DNA from: Eledone cirrhosa
Lineage: Eukaryota
Assembly (NCBI GenBank): GCA_964016885.1
Contig: CAXHJY010000973.1
Location: forward strand, 1 to 64,000
Length of the DNA: 64,000 bases
Direction of reading: 5' to 3'
The notes beneath the pieces are model-generated. The model was not told the DNA's origin. It made no database searches and saw nothing but the letters and a program-made list of their open reading frames with translations. Each line of letters starts with the position of its first letter. Within the stretch, counting starts at the first letter, position 1. Below are positions 35,701-48,759 of this stretch, in pieces. A program made the translations under genes and the position numbers.

Positions 35701-38700
35701 ACGTTGTCCAGCATTGTACCAGCAACATTATCCAGAATTGTACCAGCAACATTGTCCAACATTGTACCAGCAACATTGTGCACCATTGTACCAGCAACAT
35801 TGTCCAGTATTGTACCAGCAACAATGTCCAGCATTATACCAGCAACATTGTCCACCATTGTACCAGCAACATTGCCCAGTATTGTACCAGCAACATTGTC
35901 CAGCATTATACCAGCAACATTGTCCACCATTGTACCAGCAACATTGTCCAGTATTGTACCAGCAACAATGTCCAGCATTGTACCAGCAACATTGTCCAGT
36001 ATTGTACCAGCAACATTGTCCACCATTGTACCAGCAACATTGTCCAGCATTGTACCAGCAACAATGTCCAACATTGTAACAACAACATTGTCCAGTATTG
36101 TACCAGCAACATTGCCCAGTATTGTACCAGCAACATTGTCCAGTATTGTACTAGCAATATTGTCCACCATTGTACCAGCAACATTGTCCACCATGGTACC
36201 AGCAATATTGTCCAGTATTGTACCAGCAACATTGTCCAGTATTGTACTAGCAACAATGTCCAGTATTGTACCAGCAACATTTTCCAGTATTGTACCAGCA
36301 ACAATGTCCAGTGTTGTACCAGCAACATTGTCCAGCATTGTACCAGCAACAATGTCCAGTGTTGTACAGGTAACATTGTCCAGTATTGTACTAGCAACAA
36401 TGTCCACCATTGTACCAGCAACATTGTCCAGTATTGTACCAGCAACATTGTCCAGTATTGTACCAGCAACATTGTTCACCATTGTACCAGCAATATTGTC
36501 CAGTATTGTACCAGCAAAATTGTCCACCATTGTACCAGCAACATTGTCCAGTATTGTACCAGCAACATTGTCCAGCATTGTACCAGCAACATTGTCCACC
36601 TTTGTACCAGCAACATTGTCCACCATTGTACCAGCAACATTGTCCAGTATTGTACCAGTAACATTGTCCAGTATTGTACGAGCAACATTGTCCAGTATTG
36701 TACCAGCAACATTGTCCAGTATTGTACCAGCAACATTGTCCACCATTGTACCAGCAACATTGTCCAGTATTGTACCAGCAACATTGTCCACCATTTTACC
36801 AGCAACAATGTCCAGTATTGTACCAGCAACATTGTCCAGTATTGTACCAGCAACATTGTCCAGTATTGTACCAGCAACATTGTCCACCATTGTACCAGCA
36901 ACATTGTCCTGTATTGTACCAGCAACATTGTCCACCATTGACCAGCAACATTGTCCACCATTGTACCAGCAACATTGTCCAGTATTGTACCAGCAACAAT
37001 GTCCAGCATTGTACCAGCAACATTGTCCAGTATTGTACCAGCAACGTTGTCCAGCATTGTACCAGCAACATTGTCCAGAAATGTACCAGCAACATTGTCC
37101 ACCATTGTACCAGCAACATTGTGCACCATTGTACTAGCAACATTGTCCAGTATTGTACCAGCAACAATGTCCAGCATTATACCAGCAACATTGTCCACCA
37201 TTGTACCAGCAACATTGTCCAGTATTGTACCAGCAACATTGTCCAGCATTATACCAGCAACATTGTCCACCATTGTACCAGCAACATTGTCCAGTATTGT
37301 ACCAGCAACAATGTCCAGCATTGTACCAGCAACATTGTCCAGTATTGTACCAGCAACATTGTCCAGCATTGTACCAGCAACATTGTCCAGAATTGTACCA
37401 GCAACATTGTCCACCATTGTACCAGCAACATTGTCCACCATTGTCCAGTACTGTACCAGCAACATTGTCCAGTATTGTACCAGCAACATTGTCTACCATT
37501 GTACCAGCAACATTGTCCACCATTGTACCAGCAACATTGTCCACCATTGTACCAGCAACATTGTCCAGTATTGTACCAGCAGCATTGTCCACCATTGTAC
37601 CAGCAACATTGTCCAGCATTGTACCAGCAACATTGTCCAGTATTGTACTAGCAACATTGTCCAGTATTGTACCAGCAACATTGTCCAGTATTGTACTAGC
37701 AACATTGTCCAGTATTGTACTAGCAACAATGACCAGTATTGTACCAGCAACATTGTCCAGTATTGTACCAGCAACATTGTTCAGCATTGTACCAGCGTAA
37801 TTGTGCAGTGTTGTACCAGCAACAATGTCCAGTATTGTACCAGCAACATTGTCCACCATTGTACCAGCAACATTGTCCACCATTGTAACAGCAACAATGT
37901 CCAGTATTGTACCAGCAACATTGTCCAGTATTGTACCAGCAACATTGTCCAGCATTGTACCATCAACATTGTCCACTATTGTACCAGCAACATTGTGCAG
38001 TGTTGTACCAGCAACAATGTCCAGTATTGTACCAGCAACATTGTCCAGTATTGTACCAGCAACATTGTCCAGTATTGTACCAGCAACATTGTCCACCATT
38101 GTACCAGCAACATTGTCCAGTATTGTACCAGCAACATTGTCCACCATTGTACCAGCAACAATGTCCAGTATTGTACCAGCAACATTGTCCACCATTGTAC
38201 CAGCAACATTGTCCACCATTGTACCAGCAACAATGTCCAGTATTGTACCAGCAACATTCTCCAGTATTGTACCAGCAACAATGTCCAGTATTGTACCAGC
38301 AACAATGTCCAGTATTGTACCAGCAACATTGTCCAGTATTGTACCAGCAACATTGTCCAGCATTGTACCAGCAACATTGTCCAGAATTGTACCAGCAACA
38401 TTGTCCACCATTGTACCAGCAACATTGTCCACCATTGTACCAGCAACATTGTCCAGTATTGTACCAGCAACATTGTCCAGTATTGTACCAGCAACATTGT
38501 CCACCATTGTACCAGCAACATTGTCCAGAATTGTACCAGCAACATTGTCCACCATTGTACCAGCAACATTGTCCACCATTGTACCAGCAACATTGTCCAC
38601 CATTGTACCAGCAACATTGTCCAGCATTGTACCAGCAACATTGTCCAGTATTGTACCAGCAACATTGTCCAGTATTGTACCAGCAACATTGTCCAGTATT

Positions 38701-41700
38701 GTACTAGCAACATTGTCCAGTATTGTACTAGCAACAATGACCAGTATTGTACCAGCAACATTGTCCAGTATTGTACCAGCAAGATTGTCCAGCATTGTAC
38801 CAGCGTAATTGTGCAGTGTTGTATCATCAACAATGTCCAGTATTGTACCAGCAACATTGTCCACCATTGTACCAGCAACATTGTCCACCATTGTACCAGC
38901 AACAATGTCCAGTATTGTACCAGCAACATTGTCCAGCATTGTACCAGCAACATTGTCCAGAATTGTACCAGCAACATTGTCCACCATTGTACCAGCAACA
39001 TTGTCCACCATTGTACCAGCAACATTGTCCAGTATTGTACCAGCAACATTGTCCAGTATTGTACCAGCAACATTGTCCACAATTGTACCAGCAACATTGT
39101 CCAGTATTGTACCAGCAACAATGTCCAGCATTGTACCAGCAACATTGTCCAGTATTGTACCAGCAACATTGTCCACCATTGTACCAGCAACATTGTCCAG
39201 CATTGTACCAGCAACAATGTCCAACATTGTACCAACAACATTGTCCAGTATTGTACCAGCAACATTGCCCAGTATTGTACCAGCAACATTGTCCAGTATT
39301 GTACTAGCAATATTGTCCACCATTGTACCAGCAACATTGTCCACCATGGTACCAGCAATATTGTCCAGTATTGTACCAGCAACATTGTCCAGTATTGTAC
39401 TAGCAACAATGTCCAGTATTGTACCAGCAACATTTTACAGTATTGTACCAGCAACAATGTCCAGTGTTGTACCAGCAACATTGTCCAGCATTGTACCAGC
39501 AACAATGTCCAGTGTTGTACAGGTAACATTGTCCAGTATTGTACTAGCAACAATGTCCACCATTGTACCAGCAACATTGTCCAGTATTGTACCAGCAACA
39601 TTGTCCAGTATTGTACCAGCAACATTGTTCACCATTGTACCAGCAATATTGTCCAGTATTGTACCAGCAACATTGTCCACCATTGTACCAGCAACATTGT
39701 CCAGTATTGTACCAGCAACATTGTCCAGCATTGTACCAGCAACATTGTCCACCTTTGTACCAGCAACATTGTCCACCATTGTACCAGCAACATTGTCCAG
39801 TATTGTACCAGTAACATTGTCCAGTATTGTACCAGCAACATTGTCCAGTATTGTACCAGCAACATTGTCCAGTATTGTACCAGCAACATTGTCCACCATT
39901 GTACCAGCAACATTGTCCAGTATTGTACCAGCAACATTGTCCACCATTTTACCAGCAACAATGTCCAGTATTGTACCAGCAACATTGTCCAGTATTGTAC
40001 CAGCAACATTGTCCAGTATTGTACCAGCAACATTGTCCACCATTGTACCAGCAACATTGTCCAGTATTGTACCAGCAACATTGTCCACCATTGACCAGCA
40101 ACATTGTCCACCATTGTACCAGCAACATTGTCCAGTATTGTACCAGCAACAATGTCCAGCATTGTACCAGCAACATTGTCCAGTATTGTACCAGCAACGT
40201 TGTCCAGCATTGTACCAGCAACATTGTCCAGAAATGTACCAGCAACATTGTCCACCATTGTACCAGCAACATTGTGCACCATTGTACCAGCAACATTGTC
40301 CAGTATTGTACCAGCAACAATGTCCAGCATTATACCAGCAACATTGTCCACCATTGTACCAGCAACATTGTCCAGTATTGTACCAGCAACATTGTCCAGC
40401 ATTATACCAGCAACATTGTCCACCATTGTACCGGCAACATTGTCCAGTATTGTACCAGCAACAATGTCCAGCATTGTACCAGCAACATTGTCCACCATTG
40501 TACCAGCAACATTGTCCACCATTGTCCAGTATTGTACCAGCAACATTGTCCAGTATTGTACCAGCAACATTGTCTACCATTGTACCAGCAACATTGTCCA
40601 CCATTGTACCAGCAACATTGTCCACCATTGTACCAGCAACATTGTCCACCATTGTACCAGCAACATTGTCCAGCATTGTACCAGCAACATTGTCCAGCAT
40701 TGTACCAGCAACATTGTCCAGTATTGTACCAGCAACATTGTCCAGTATTGTACCAGCAACATTGTCCAGTATTGTACCAGCAACATTGTCCAGTATTGTA
40801 CTAGCAACATTGTCCAGTATTGTACTAGCAACAATGACCAGTATTGTACCAGCAACATTGTCCAGTATTGTACCAGCAACATTGTTCAGCATTGTACCAG
40901 CGTAATTGTGCAGTGTTGTACCAGCAACAATGTCCAGTATTGTACCAGCAACATTGTCCACCATTGTACCAGCAACATTGTCCACCATTGTAACAGCAAC
41001 AATGTCCAGTATTGTACCAGCAACATTGTCCAGTATTGTACCAGCAACATTGTCCAGCATTGTACCATCAACATTGTCCACTATTGTACCAGCAACATTG
41101 TGCAGTGTTGTACCAGCAACAATGTCCAGTATTGTTCCAGCAACATTGTCCAGTATTGTACCAGCAACATTGTCCAGTATTGTACCAGCAACATTGTCCA
41201 CCATTGTCCCAGCAACATTGTCCAGTATTGTACCAGCAACATTGTCCACCATTGTACCAGCAACAATGTCCAGTATTGTACCAGCAACATTGTCCACCAT
41301 TGTACCAGCAACATTGTCCACCATTGTACCAGCAACAATGTCCAGTATTGTACCAGCAACATTCTCCAGTATTGTACCAGCAACAATGTCCAGTATTGTA
41401 CCAGCAACAATGTCCAGTATTGTACCAGCAACATTGTCCAGTATTGTACCAGCAACATTGTCCAGCATTGTACCAGCAACATTGTCCAGAATTGTACCAG
41501 CAACATTGTCCACCATTGTACCAGCAACATTGTCCACCATTGTACCAGCAACATTGTCCAGTATTGTACCAGCAACATTGTCCAGTATTGTACCAGCAAC
41601 ATTGTCCACCATTGTACCAGCAACATTGTCCAGAATTGTACCAGCAACATTGTCCACCATTGTACCAGCAACATTGTCCACCATTGTACCAGCAACATTG

Positions 41701-44700
41701 TCCACCATTGTACCAGCAACATTGTCCAGCATTGTACCAGCAACATTGTCCAGTATTGTACCAGCAACATTGTCCAGTATTGTACCAGCAACATTGTCCA
41801 GTATTGTACTAGCAACATTGTCCAGTATTGTACTAGCAACAATGACCAGTATTGTACCAGCAACATTGTCCAGTATTGTACCAGCAAGATTGTCCAGCAT
41901 TGTACCAGCGTAATTGTGCAGTGTTGTACCATCAACAATGTCCAGTATTGTACCAGCAACATTGTCCACCATTGTACCAGCAACATTGTCCACCATTGTA
42001 CCAGCCACAATGTCCAGTATTGTACCAGCAACATTGTCCAGTATTGTACCAGCAACATTGTCCAGCATTGCACCATCAACATTGTCCAGTATTGTACCAG
42101 CAACATTGTGCAGTGTTGTACCAGCAACAATGTCCACCATTGTACCAGCAACATTGTCCAGTATTGTACCAGCAACATTGTCCAGTATTGTACCAACAAC
42201 ATTGTCCATCATTGTACCAGCAACATTGTCCAGTATTGTACCAGCAACATTGTCCACCATTGTACCAGCAACAATGTCCAGTATTGTACCAGCAACATTG
42301 TCCACCATTGTACCAGCAACAATGTCCAGTATTGTACCAGCAACATTGTCCAGTATTGTAACAGCAACATTGTCCAGCATTGTACCAGCAACATTGTCCA
42401 GTATTGTACCAGCAACATTGTCCAGTATTGTACCAGCAACATTGTCCAGTATTGTACCAGCAACATTGTCTACCATTGTACCAGCAACATTGTCCACCAT
42501 TGTACCAGCAACATTGTCCACCATTGTACCAGCAACATTGTCCAGTATTGTACCAGCAGCATTGTCCACCATTGTACCAGCAACATTGTCCAGCATTGTA
42601 CCAGCAACATTGTCCAGCATTGTACCAGCAACATTGTCCAGTATTGTACCAGCAACATTGTCCAGTATTGTACCAGCAACATTGTTCAGTATTGTACCAG
42701 CAACATTGTCCAGTATTGTACTAGCAACATTGTCCAGCATTGTACTAGCAACAATGACCAGTATTGTACCAGCAACATTGTCCAGTATTGTACCAGCAAC
42801 ATTGTTCAGCATTGTACCAGCGTAATTGTGCAGTGTTGTACCAGCAACAATGTCCAGTATTGTACCAGCAACATTGTCCACCATTGTACCAGCAACATTG
42901 TCCACCATTGTAACAGCAACAATGTCCAGTATTGTACCAGCAACATTGTCCAGTATTGTACCAGCAACATTGTCCAGCATTGTACCATCAACATTGTCCA
43001 CTATTGTACCAGCAACATCGTGCAGTGTTGTACCAGCAACAATGTGCAGTATTGTACCAGCAACATTGTCCAGTATTGTACCAGCAACATTGTCCAGTAT
43101 TGTACCAGCAACATTGTCCACCATTGTACCAGCAACATTGTCCAGTATTGTACCAGCAACATTGTCCACCATTGTACCAGCAACAATGTCCAGTATTGTA
43201 CCAGCAACATTGTCCACCATTGTACCAGCAACATTGTCCACCATTGTACCAGCAACAATGTCCAGTATTGTACCAGCAACATTCTCCAGTATTGTACCAG
43301 CAACAATGTCCAGTATTGTACCAGCAACAATGTCCAGTATTGTACCAGCAACATTGTCCAGTATTGTACCAGCAACATTGTCCAGCATTGTACCAGCAAC
43401 ATTGTCCAGAATTGTACCAGCAACATTGTCCACCATTGTACCAGCAACATTGTCCACCATTGTACCAGCAACATTGTCCAGTATTGTACCAGCAACATTG
43501 TCCAGTATTGTACCAGCAACATTGTCCACCATTGTACCAGCAACATTGTCCAGAATTGTACCAGCAACATTGTCCAGCATTGTACCAGCAACATTGTCCA
43601 CCATTGTACCAGCAACATTGTCCACCATTGTACCAGCAACATTGTCCAGCATTGTACCAGCAACATTGTCCAGTATTGTACCAGCAACATTGTCCAGTAT
43701 TGTACCAGCAACATTGTCCAGTATTGTACTAGCAACATTGTCCAGTATTGTACTAGCAACAATGACCAGTATTGTACCAGCAACATTGTCCAGTATTGTA
43801 CCAGCAAGATTGTCCAGCATTGTACCAGCGTAATTGTGCAGTGTTGTACCATCAACAATGTCCAGTATTGTACCAGCAACATTGTCCACCATTGTACCAG
43901 CAACATTGTCCACCATTGTACCAGCCACAATGTCCAGTATTGTACCAGCAACATTGTCCAGTATTGTACCAGCAACATTGTCCAGCATTGCACCATCAAC
44001 ATTGTCCAGTATTGTACCAGCAACATTGTGCAGTGTTGTACCAGCAACAATGTCCACCATTGTACCAGCAACATTGTCCAGTATTGTACCAGCAACATTG
44101 TCCAGTATTGTACCAGCAACATTGTCCATCATTGTACCAGCAACATTGTCCAGTATTGTACCAGCAACATTGTCCACCATTGTACCAGCAACAATGTCCA
44201 GTATTGTACCAGCAACATTGTCCACCATTGTACCAGCAACAATGTCCAGTATTGTACCAGCAACATTGTCCAGTATTGTAACAGCAACATTGTCCAGCAT
44301 TGTACCAGCAACATTGTCCAGTATTGTACCAGCAACATTGTCCAGTATTGTACCAGCAACATTGTCCAGTATTGTACAAGCAACAATGTCCAGTATTGTA
44401 CCAGCAACATTGTCCACCATTGTACCAGCAACATTTTCCAGTATTGTACCAGCAACATTGTCCAGTATTGCACCAGCAAAATTGTCCAGTATTGTACTAG
44501 CAACATTGTCCAGTATTGTACCAGCAACATTGTCCAGTATTGTACCAGCAATATTGTGCAGTATTGTACCAGCAACATTGTCCAGCATTGTACCAGCGAA
44601 ATTGTGCAGTGTTGTACCAGCAACAATGTCCAGTATTGTACCAGCAACATTGTCCACCATTGTACCAGCAACATTGTCCACCATTGTACCAGCAACAATG

Positions 44701-47084
44701 TCCAGTATTGTACCAGCAACATTGTCCAGTATTGTACCAGCAACATTGTCCAGCATTGTACCAGCAACATTGTCCAGCATTGTACCAGCAACATTGTCCA
44801 GAATTGTACCAGCAACATTGTCCACCATTGTACCAGCAACATTGTCCACCATTGTACCAGCAACATTGTCCAGCATTGTACCAGCAACATTGTCCAGCAT
44901 TGTACCTGCAACATTGTCCAGTATTGTACCAGCAACATTGTCCAGTATTGTACCAGCAACATTGTCCAGTATTGTACTAGCAACATTGTCCAGTATTGTA
45001 CTAGCAACAATGACCAGTATTGTACCAGCAACATTGTCCAGTATTGTACCAGCAACATTGTCCAGCATTGTACCAGCGTAATTGTGCAGTGTTGTACCAG
45101 CAACAATGTCCAGTATTGTACCAGCAACATTGTCCACCATTGTACCAGCAACATTGTCCACCATTGTACCAGCAACAATGTCCAGTATTGTACCAGCAAC
45201 ATTGTCCAGTATTGTACCAGCAACATTGTCCAGCATTGCACCATCAACATTGTCCAGTATTGTACCAGCAACATTGTGCAGTGTTGTACCAGCAACAATG
45301 TCCACCATTGTACCAGCAACATTGTCCAGTATTGTACCAGCAACATTGTCCAGTATTGTACCAGCAACATTGTCCATCATTGTACCAGCAACATTGTCCA
45401 GTATTGTACCAGCAACATTGTCCACCATTGTACCAGCAACAATGTCCAGTATTGTACCAGCAACATTGTCCACCATTGTACCAGCAACAATGTCCAGTAT
45501 TGTACCAGCAACATTCTCCAGTATTGCAACAGCAACATTGTCCAGCATTGTACCAGCAACATTGTCCAGTATTGTACCAGCAACATTGTCCAGTATTGTA
45601 CCAGCAACATTGTCCAGTATTGTACAAGCAACAATGTCCAGTATTGTACCAGCAACATTGTCCACCATTGTACCAGCAACATTTTCCAGTATTGTACCAG
45701 CAACATTGTCCAGTATTGCACCAGCAAAATTGTCCAGTATTGTACCAGCAACATTGTCCAGTATTGTACCAGCAACATTGTCCAGTATTGTACCAGCAAT
45801 ATTGTGCAGTATTGTACCAGCAACATTGTCCAGCATTGTACCAGCGAAATTGTGCAGTGTTGTACCAGCAACAATGTCCAGTATTGTACCAGCAACATTG
45901 TCCACCATTGTACCAGCAACATTGTCCACCATTGTACCAGCAACAATGTCCAGTATTGTACCAGCAACATTCTCCAGTATTGTACCAGCAACAATGTCCA
46001 GTATTGTACCAGCAACAATGTCCAGTATTGTACCAGCAACATTGTCCACCATTGTACCAGCAACATTGTCCAGTATTGTACCAGCAACATTGTCCACCAT
46101 TGTACCAGCAACATTGTCCAGTATTGTACCAGCAACATTGTCCACCATTGTACCAGCAACATTGTCCAGTATTGTACAAGCAACATTGTCCAGTATTGTA
46201 CCAGCAACATTGTCCACCATTGTACCAGCAACATTGTCCAGTATTGTACCAGCAACATTGTCCAGTATTGTACCAGCAACAATGTTCAGTATTGTACCAG
46301 CAACATTGTCCACCATTGTACCAGCAACAATGTCCAGTATTGTACCAGCAACATTGTCCAGTATTGTACCAGCAACATTGTCCAGTATTGTACCAGCAAC
46401 ATTGTCCAGTATTGCACCAGCAAAATTGTCCAGTATTGTACTAGCAACATTGTCCAGTATTGTACCAGCAACATTGTCCAGTATTGTACCAGCAACATTG
46501 TGCAGTATTGTACCAGCAACATTGTCCAGCATTGTACCAGCGAAATTGTGCAGTGTTGTACCAGCAACAATGTCCAGTATTGTACCAGCAACATTGTCCA
46601 CCATTGTACCAGCAACATTGTCCACCATTGTACCAGCAACAATGTCCAGTATTGTACCAGCAACATTCTCCAGTATTGTACCAGCAACAATGTCCAGTAT
46701 TGTACCAGCAACAATGTCCAGTATTGTACCAGCAACATTGTCCACCATTGTACCAGCAACATTGTCCAGTATTGTACCAGCAACATTGTCCACCATTGTA
46801 CCAGCAACATTGTCCAGTATTGTACCAGCAACATTGACCACCATTGTACCAGCAACATTGTCCAGTATTGTACCAGCAACATTGTCCAGTATTGTACCAG
46901 CAACATTGTCCACCATTGTACCAGCAACATTGTCCAGTATTGTACCAGCAACATTGTCCAGTATTGTACCAGCAACAATGTTCAGTATTGTACCAGCAAC
47001 ATTGTCCACCATTGTACCAGCAACAATGTCCAGTATTGTACCAGCAACATTGTCCAGTCTTGTACCAGCAACATTGTCCAGCAT
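26750..47084. repeat. ~20.3 kb satellite array of a 24-bp unit (cattgtccagtattgtaccagcaa), ~847 units, with higher-order repeats
   Basis: Directly visible; phase shifts near 31829, 35621, 36940, 37440, 40093 and 40520. Confidence 0.98.
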
Positions 47085-48451
47085 CCAAACAGACCGAAAA
47101 ATAGATGCAAATAGACCTGATATAATATTGAAGGACTTTAAAAAGAGGGTATGCCTGCTAATTGATAGCTTCTGCTACCTAGGTGACCGAATTAGCAACG
47201 GAGGTGGGTGCTCAGAAAGTACAATAACTAGGGTAAGAACGGGATGGAAGAAGTTTAGGGAACTACTACCACTGCTAGCTGCAAAAGGCTTCTCCCTCAG
47301 AATGAAAGGCAGACTGTATGATGCGTGTATCCGAACAGCGATGTTGCATGGTAGTGAGACCTGGGCGCTGAAGGTGGAAGACTTACGTAGATTAGAGAGA
47401 AACGAAGCCTGCATGCTCCGATGGATGTGTAACAGTAATATACGTGAACGACAAAGCATAAAGGAATTGAGAGAGAGACTGAGCATAAGAGGAATCAAAT
47501 GCTGCGTGCAGGAGAGGCGGTTACGCTGGTATGGACATGTGATGCGTATGAAGGATGACAGCTGCATAAAAAGGTGCAGAGCACTAGAAGTTGATGGAAA
47601 CCGCGGAGTGGGGAGACCCAAGATGACTTGGGATGAGGTGATAAAAGCCGACCTTACCCAACTACACCTCTCAAAGTCAATGACACACGACCGTGACTTC
47701 TGGCGTCACGCAGTAATACAGGGTACCCGACCTCCCATGGGTACATGCTGAAGCATATAAACAATATGCCCCCCCCCCCACCGCAAGGTGGTCGTGGAGG
47801 TGCCACGGCAAAAAAGCACCCAGCCCACACTGTAAAGTGGACGTGTAGGCGCCACGAAAAAGCACCCAGCACTCACTGTAAATGAGGTTGGTGTTAGGAA
47901 GGGCATCCAGCTGTAGAAATCAAGCCAGATCAGTTCCTGTATGAGCAAGGCATGGTCAGCCGACCAGACACTGCCCACAACAGGACAACCCGTCTAACCC
48001 ATGCTAGCGTGGAAGAACGGACGTAAAACGGTGATGATGATGATGATGATGATGTTCCAATAGACAAGAATGTATCTATAAAAACATTTGAAAAATTGAG
48101 CAGGTATAAGGACCTGGAGATAAAAATTGGAAAAATGTGGAAATTGAGAACTAAAACAATACCAGTGGTTGTAGGCGCTCTGGGAATGATACCTAAGGGG
48201 TCTATTGATTAATTATCGCAAATCCCAGGAAACCCGCGTATAGGAGAAATACAAAAGATAGTACTAATGGGAACTGCCCATATACTAAGGAAGATTCTGT
48301 CAATATAAGTACATCACAAGTCTAAACACTAAAGATGCATGTGTGAGTATGTATGTTCTTTCTTGAACATGGCGGACCTTGTTGTCCCTTGAGGTCACTG
48401 GTTGTGACTTGGTGATAACTCGTATGAATATAAAGCAAGATAAATGCAACT

Positions 48452-48501
<50 letters not shown>

Positions 48502-48512
48502 TATAATAATAA
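47080..48512 (+). mobile_element. R4/Dong-like LINE 3' fragment (RLE domain) interrupted by an RTE, with a (taa)n tail
   Basis: SIQTDRKIDANRPDIILKDFKKRVCLLID (to 47166) resumes at 48054 as VPIDKNVSIKTFEKLSRYKDLEIKIGKMWKLRTKTIPVVVGALG...IQKIVLMGTAHILRKIL; (taa)n at 48453-48512. Confidence 0.85.
47167..48053 (+). mobile_element. 5'-truncated RTE family B copy
   Basis: Near-identical to the reverse complement of 14971-15860; (gat)n tail at 48033-48053. Confidence 0.95.
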
Positions 48513-48529
48513 TAAATAAAAAAAAAAAG

Positions 48530-48572
<43 letters not shown>

Positions 48573-48759
48573 CATATATACATACATACATACATACACA
48601 TACGCACACACATATACACACCCATACATTAATAACAATAATAATAATAATAATAATAATAATAGCAATAATAATAATAACGACAACAACAATAATAATA
48701 TACATATTCATATATATATACACACACACGCACGCACATAAGCATATCTACACACACAC

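Noticed and set aside
26750-47084. Satellite as a mucin/adhesin gene or CRISPR array
   Set aside because: Open in all frames, several frameshifts, no signal peptide or splice context, and no unique spacers.
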